From a virus (Duplodnaviria; Heunggongvirae; Uroviricota; Caudoviricetes): 64,000 nt of DNA. Under the pieces are notes generated by a model. It was not told where the DNA came from. It searched no databases and was given only the letters and a program-made list of their open reading frames with translations. The stretch is from IMG/VR virus record IMGVR_UViG_3300044638_003984. One strand, written 5' to 3'. The position numbers were made by a program, and so were the translations under genes. Shown here piece after piece: positions 63,238 through 64,000 of the stretch (position 1 is its first letter; each line of letters opens with the position of its first letter).

Positions 63238-64000
63238 TTATATTTGAAAAAATGAAATATAAAAATATTCTTTCAACCGGAAATAAATTTAATGAAATAA
63301 TATTCAATGGTGTGAAAACAAATCTCTGCATCGGAAAAAATGGTGAAGGAAAATCAACTTTTCTTGACGCATTAACTTTCGTTCTATACGGTAAACCTTT
63401 CAGAAAAATCAACAAACCACAACTAATTAATTCTACAAATAACTCAGATTTACTTGTTGAAATTAACTTTAAAATCAATAAAGATTCATACCTAATACGT
63501 CGTGGTATGAAACCAAATATTTTCGAAATCTTTACAAATAACAAGTTAATAGATCAGAATGCAATCTCAAGAGATTATCAAGAATTACTGGAAAATCATA
63601 TCTTGAAGATGAATTATAAAACATTCACTCAGATTGTCGTTATTGGAAACGCAACTTACATGCCATTTATGAAGTTGAATCCAGTAGATAGAAGAAATAT
63701 CGTTGAAAATCTTTTGGATATTGATATCTTCTCTAAGATGAATTCTCTTCTTAAAACAAAAGTGTCTAAGACAAAAGAAGAAATAAATGGAACTTCTTAT
63801 AAACTAGATCTATCTAAAGAAAAGATGAAGATACATAAGAATCTAATTTCGAATTCAACATCAGATATTGACAAATCAATCACAGATATCGATGCTGAAA
63901 TGAGACGAAATGAATTGCAAGTAATTGCAAAAGAATTGGCTATAGATAAATTGAATAAAGAGATTCAAGAGATCATTGTTAATGATTCAAAAATCAGTAC
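63234..64000 (+). CDS. recombination endonuclease ATPase subunit, T4 gp46-like (Rad50/SbcC), 5' part only (runs off the window)
   Basis: Walker A GKNGEGKSTFLDALTFVLYGKPFRKINKPQLINSTN matches T4 gp46; no stop before the window end. Confidence 0.85.
   Translation, partial: MIIFEKMKYKNILSTGNKFNEIIFNGVKTNLCIGKNGEGKSTFLDALTFVLYGKPFRKINKPQLINSTNNSDLLVEINFKINKDSYLIRRGMKPNIFEIFTNNKLIDQNAISRDYQELLENHILKMNYKTFTQIVVIGNATYMPFMKLNPVDRRNIVENLLDIDIFSKMNSLLKTKVSKTKEEINGTSYKLDLSKEKMKIHKNLISNSTSDIDKSITDIDAEMRRNELQVIAKELAIDKLNKEIQEIIVNDSKIS

Noticed and set aside
1-64000. Whole-genome stop-codon reassignment (TAG as sense) suggested by the suppressor tRNA
   Set aside because: Core genes (gp17, gp18, gp20, gp23, nrdA/B, rIIA/B) are uninterrupted standard-code ORFs, and several terminate with TAG at positions matching the T4 homologue lengths.

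Overview
AT-rich (~1/3 GC) 64-kb segment of a T4-like (Tevenvirinae/Straboviridae-type) myovirus genome. No host sequence is evident. T4 homologues are recognisable by direct protein similarity and keep T4 gene order: neck gp13-gp14-gp15 (minus strand); DNA primase gp61; terminase gp16/gp17; tail sheath gp18 and tube gp19; portal gp20; prohead core proteins; prohead protease gp21; scaffold gp22; major capsid gp23; rIIA/rIIB; late sigma gp55; recombination nuclease gp47/gp46 (gp46 truncated at the window end). Accessory content: an array of ~17-18 minus-strand tRNA genes interleaved with Cys-rich mini-ORFs and driven by near-consensus sigma70 promoters; a ~7.4-kb minus-strand glycan-modification island (GT1 x2, GT2-like, GDPD, FkbM methyltransferase, HAD-nucleotidyltransferase fusion); a nucleotide-metabolism block (ThyX, class I RNR alpha/beta, staphylococcal-nuclease-like protein); a second metabolic block (dCMP/cytidine deaminase, deoxyribosyltransferase-like, PRPP synthetase, NAMPT, and a separate NMNAT-like HxGH protein), i.e. 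an NAD+ salvage set; UV damage endonuclease UvdE; a ClpP/NfeD-like protease paired with a lipoprotein-signal SPFH (stomatin/band-7) protein; two paralogous GIY-YIG/NUMOD3 homing endonucleases; a collagen-like tail fibre with a C-terminal self-cleaving chaperone domain; SleB-like and GH19-like lysins. Most unusual items: (1) three and a half tandem ~230-bp units upstream of rIIA, each a conserved 38-nt ATG-containing header followed by a (TCTNGG)n hexanucleotide microsatellite, potentially encoding Ser-X dipeptide-repeat mini-proteins; (2) a plus-strand amber-suppressor tRNA (anticodon CUA) directly after rIIB, followed 17 nt later by a strong Shine-Dalgarno sequence and an ORF whose third codon is TAG; (3) a family of sigma70-like promoters whose -10 box lies 6 nt before the ATG (leaderless architecture) with the conserved element TATAATGGTTCTATGAAA; (4) atypical tRNAs (type-II-like body with Ile-AUA anticodon UAU, a D-arm-truncated UCU tRNA-like, a degenerate second Pro copy). 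All calls come from reading the sequence and comparing with remembered T4 protein sequences and family motifs; no database search was run.
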